DNA from: Marsupella aquatica
Taxonomy: Eukaryota > Plantae > Marchantiophyta
Reading direction: 5' to 3'
Length of the DNA stretch: 64,000 nucleotides
NCBI GenBank assembly: GCA_973895155.1
Contig: OZ316895.1
Span: 18,547,880 to 18,611,879, forward strand
Shown: one piece after another, positions 59,601 through 64,000 of the stretch
Layout: each line of letters starts with the position of its first letter
Position numbering within the stretch: the stretch's first letter is position 1
The notes under the pieces: model-generated
What the model was told of the DNA's origin: nothing
What the model saw: the letters and a program-made list of their open reading frames with translations, nothing else
The model's database searches: none
Translations under genes and position numbers: made by a program

Positions 59601-61078
59601 TGATCCAGCACACTCCACTTCAATCGCCAAACATTTTTCCCGATGACACCGTCATGGTAGCGGTGGCTAATCCTCAATGGATGCCCCCAATGCTTCCTCC
59701 GCAACCACTGCCGTAGGTCCGTCCTCTGACAGATTACGTGCCCCAGACCCAGTCAACTCACCCGCGGCCTGACTGAGTCCACCCTCGGCTTTGGCCTCAG
59801 CATCGGCCACGGCCTCTAATACGGCTATGGCCTCCCCGACATGCTCTAGTGGTGGATCCGGTACCCCGGCTTCATCACTGAGTGTCTTGGCCTCGGCTTT
59901 GCCATCCCCACCTTCTAGGGCAGTTGGATCCTCTGCCGTGACCCTGCCTGCGGTTGGTGCCGGGTTTACCTCCTTGGTCACGACGGCTTGAGAAGCCGCA
60001 TTACTCCCTGATCTAGAAGGTTTCCGCTTCTTCTTCTTCCCTGGTTCAGCAGCTGGTCCCTTCCCCTTGCCACTTACTTCCGGCGCCTGTGCGAGTGTTG
60101 CGGCTTGTCCTTTGGCCAGTACTACTCCTGGCAACTTGGTTGCCCCAATTGGAGTTGGACTTGATGAAGCCAAGCACTTAAATACTGCAGCTTGTTTCTT
60201 TAGCCGCTCCGTTTGGTTGTCGGCTCGCCGTTGTAAGTTCTCCATCTTCCTCGTGCATTCCTCCAACTCCTCCTGCACTTCGTCCAGGTCCTTGCACGCC
60301 TCCTCCAGCTCCTTCTCGGCTTCCTCCAACTCTTTGTGGGCTTCCTCCAACTTCTTTAAGGTAGCCCTCTCCTCCGGGGTTGCTCTTAGCTCCTTGTCGA
60401 GGTCCGTTATGACCTCAGACTCCATTTTATTCATCTTGGCATAAGTTTGATCAAGCTGGTTGTCTTTCTCATGCAGGTCGGCCTTGAAGCTGGCTGTCAG
60501 GGATGCAAGCTCCTGCCGTAGCACAATAATCCCTTGATAGGATTTCCCTAACTTGGCCTCCTTCTGCTCAAGGGCTCCGCGGATATCCTTGAGCTCCCCC
60601 TTCAATGCCCTCTCCCTTCTCTGGGTTTCCGCCATGGCCCAATTGTTGGCTACTATGTGGACCTCCTCTACGTCCCTCAGCTCCCGCTTCCACTTCTCCC
60701 TCTCCTTGACTGCATCGGCCAACTCCCCCTGGGTTCGAGTCAGTTTATCCTTGATAATCTGATTATCAGACTGAGCGGTATCCAATTGCCCCTGAATGAT
60801 GTTTAGCTCATGCCGCTTAATCCGTAGCTCATCTTGGGCTTTCCTATCCGCCTTCAGGTCTTCCACCTCGGCTTCCCTTGCCCTAAGCCGACGGATGACC
60901 TCGTCCTTCTTGCTTCTCTCCAAAGCCACCGCTTCTTCTAATCGGCGTTTTTCCAACATCTCCCTCTGGAAAAAAGGTCCCTACTCCAACACCTCCCCAA
61001 AGATGCTGAGCGCAAGTTCCCCACACATCTCCCCGTACTCCATGGCTCTTTCTTTAGCATAGGTGGAGTGAGTAGAAG
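56633..61078 (-). repeat. Family B 5' LTR, visible 3' part, including the C-terminal LTR-gene fragment 59667-60959
   Basis: Close match to 27605-29900; interrupted at 57533 and 61079. Confidence 0.9.
57533..59648. mobile_element. Probable solo LTR of an unrelated family (2116 bp)
   Basis: tgtc...gaca ends, flanks ccat/ccgt, absent from the partner LTR, pyrimidine-rich and non-coding. Confidence 0.7.
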
Positions 61079-64000
61079 TGTGATGCCTAGCCAGGAATCA
61101 TTAGGCCAGTTTAAATAGTAAAATCAGGAGTGTACCCTAGGAAACACCTTAGTATAGTAACAAAAACAGGGAAATATAAACAATCAAGGGTGACTATGGA
61201 ACCCAACCCGAGGCCGAAAGTAAGGCCGCTGGGGGAGGGAACATGATTAGGGTTAGGGCGCGCTAAGTACCGGCGGATATGGGCAACCAACCGGAAGGAA
61301 GACCAGCCAGAGGGGGGGGGGGTAAGGACCGATCGCAAGGAATGGCGGCTCATTTGCAAGCACTAGCCAAGCGGACGACTACGGGAGGCCAACTACTGTC
61401 CGCTGCTCAGGCAAGCACTCGGGGTGGAAGCAGATACCGACAATCAACTCAAGAAGGGTATGAGCAACGTCAATCAAGCTGCTCATTTTTGGGGATGCCT
61501 GTTAGAACGGGCAACTGAGTACATTGGGACCTACGAGGACAAAGAATCGGAGAGAGCGGCTCGAGAACGGCAGGAGCTTGCTCGGCTGTGGGAGCTGCAG
61601 AAGTCTGCTTTCTTAGGAGGAGAACTCATTACGGCTGAATTCTTGTGGATGCCTACTGCCGAAGAACTCGACGATCTTCTATTTTGTGAGAACAGAATAG
61701 TCGGCATCCGGGAGGCCATCAACCGCTGCAACGACATACACTGGGAGTTGAAGGGTAGCATGGAGGGGTGGACAAAGGCAACCGTGCTAGGAGAAACATC
61801 CACAACAGCCGCTATGAAGAGGAAAGGGAACAACAACGAAGAAGTCACCCCTGCAAAAGGAATGAGGTTGGCGGCACCCAGGAAACCAGCAGAGCATGGA
61901 AGCAGGAGGCAGGCGGAAGCCGAAGAGGAGGAGGTTGACCCCATCAATGTCGTTTCAACAAGAGATGACACCTAGAAAGGCTGAGCGGCGACCCTCCCCG
62001 AGGAGGTGCAATTACACTTTGCACGAGAAGAGCATCCATGCTTTACGGCTATGCAGACTCGGAAATACCAGGGCTTCATGGCCAGATCCGGCTTGGAAGC
62101 CTTCATAAAGTTACCATGGCTAAAACCGGAGGTGTCGGATTCAGACTTACTAGAATTCATGGGATCATGGGAGCCCGAGACCAATTCCACAAGGGTGTAT
62201 GGGAAGGATTTCTATCTCACTCCCCGGGTGATTGCCGAAGTATTTGGCTTGCCGATGGGCAATAAGACCAAAGTAGATACCAGGAAGACCTTGCCAGACA
62301 AGGAGTTCCGATCGTTTCCAGGGCCATCAACAAATAATGGCTTCTTCTGAAACACCTGCACAAACCCGCACATAGGAGAAATGATCGATTTCTTGCGGGT
62401 GACCATGCATTGTAACTTGCCGAGGGCAGAGATTGGCAAGGCACAGGTCTATCTGGGGGAGAGGCCAGACCCAAGCCGAGACTACAACGGGTACCTCCTC
62501 ACCCAACTGAAGAAGATCTTGAAGGAGGAACAGCTGGTGATCGGCATGGGAAGCGTGTCCCGGCTTGGTTATCATATGCCGCTGTTATGCCGGTATGTCC
62601 AAAGTCAGATATTCACCCCGGTATTGCCCCTGCAGGCAAGAGCACCAGAGGAGGTTCCGGAACCGAGGCCGGCAACACAAAAACCGATCCAGCCCGACAG
62701 TCCTACAATCGAGCAAGTGTTTAGGCCGAGGAAGGAGGACTTGCCGATGCAACAACCAGGCATGCAGAATTTGCTGAAATTGCTGGAGAAGGAAAGGAGA
62801 ATGGCAACGGCAACGGCAACGGGACCGGTACAGAATACTGCTCCCGAAGTCGGCCTTAGCCAACTTACCAGGGGAAACCCCTTTACCGGGGTCAAGGAGA
62901 GAAGGAGGCCGGAACACGAGCCGGGAGTCCGAATGTATGTAGGAGCTTCAAGTCCAGAAGCCGAGGAAAAGTAGCCCGAACCTCCTGGTGGCGACAAGGA
63001 GAAGATGAGATAAACATGGAAGCCGGAGGAAGCAGGACCCGTGATCTATGAGGCCGTGTTCACGGCAAGACCAGGACAGCAGCGGGGGGAGCCGGTAGTC
63101 CAAGCCGAGGAGGAGGCGGTAGAAGGCTACGACAATGATGACTCCGGCTACGGGTCGGACCATCATGTTCCAGGAATAAGGACCTGTGGCAGGTTCATCC
63201 CCACTCTTCCAAGAGTAGTTCGAGGGGACCCGACCTAGTAGAGCAGCCCCAAGTCTCCCCCACCAGATGCTGCTCCCCCTAGCTTTGATGGCATAAAACA
63301 GACGGCACATGAATTTCAGGAACGACTAAGGGAGGAAGAAGAGGCAGCCCTGGCTAGGGAGAAAGATTTACCAGGAGGAGAATGGCCAGAGGACATCACG
63401 CGGCTTGCAGAAAAACAAAGCAACCCTCCAGCCATGATAGAAGAAATTCGCAAGGCGGCTTGGGAACAAAGGCCGCGGTGGATGATGCCGATGACTTCTA
63501 CTCACTCCGCCTATGCTAAAGAAAGAGCCATGGAGTATGGGGAGATGTGTGGGGAACTTGCGCTCGGCATCTTTGGGGAGGAGTTGGAACAGGGACCCTT
63601 TTTCTAGAGGGAAATGTTGGAGAAGCGCCGATTAGAAGAAGCGTCGATTAGAAGAAGCGGTGGCTTTGGAGAGAAGCAAGAAGGATGAGGTCATCCGTCA
63701 GCTTAGGGCAAGGGAAGCCGAGGTAGAAGACCTGAAGGTGGCCAAGAAAGCCCAAGATGAGCTGCAGATTAAGCGGCATGAGCTCAACATCATGCAGGGG
63801 CAATTGGATACCGCGCAGTCTGATAATCAGATTATCAAGGATAAACTGACTCGGACCCAAGGTGAGCTGGCCGATTCGATCAAGGAGAAGGAGAAGTGGA
63901 AGCCAGAGCTGAGAGACGCAGAGGAGGCCCACATAGTAGCCAACAATCGGGCCATGGCGGAAACTCAAAGAAGGGAAAGGGCGCTGAAGGGGGAACTCGA
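61079..64000 (+). mobile_element. Family B LTR inserted antisense into a family B LTR (runs off the window)
   Basis: tgtgatgcctag start at 61079 after agaag; colinear with 14406 onward. Confidence 0.9.
61460..64000 (+). pseudogene. Family B LTR gene, degraded, partial
   Basis: MSNVNQAAHFWG start; several stops. Confidence 0.88.

Larger units (their letters stand above)
27605..61078 (-). mobile_element. Full-length-type Ty3/Gypsy family B element, heavily nested (rest of 5' LTR presumably beyond the window)
   Basis: 3' LTR 27605-36314, PPT, INT-RH-RT-PR-gag on the minus strand, PBS 56609-56628, 5' LTR from 56633; inserted in the PHD-element integrase (flank atgct). Confidence 0.9.

Overview
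Eukaryotic, most likely land-plant, transposon nest; no intact host gene was recognised. A spliced CACTA/EnSpm element (left end 2812, TNP2-type transposase exons 13506-21033, SET-domain remnant 13097-13390) hosts Ty3/Gypsy retrotransposons nested up to four layers deep. The main observation is two sister Gypsy families (called A and B here) with giant LTRs of about 4.0 kb and 4.7 kb. Each LTR carries a whole sense-strand gene (about 875 aa in A, about 1120 aa in B) with a shared N-terminal domain, a shared LPW..EF..TR..GR..LT..FGLP..NGF..TC core and a C-terminal coiled coil. Full elements therefore carry the gene twice and every solo LTR keeps a complete copy; the solo LTR at 14406-19056 has an uninterrupted ORF. 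TATA-like modules lie both before and after the ORF, suggesting it sits in U3 under its own promoter. A covarying RNA hairpin module near the LTR end is shared with a third, ORF-less LTR family (C). Also present are a Gypsy integrase with a C-terminal PHD finger, an in-frame LTR-gene/integrase fusion, a MITE and another solo LTR. Boundaries were read by eye from TG..CA ends and target-site duplications (TSDs); no database searches were run.
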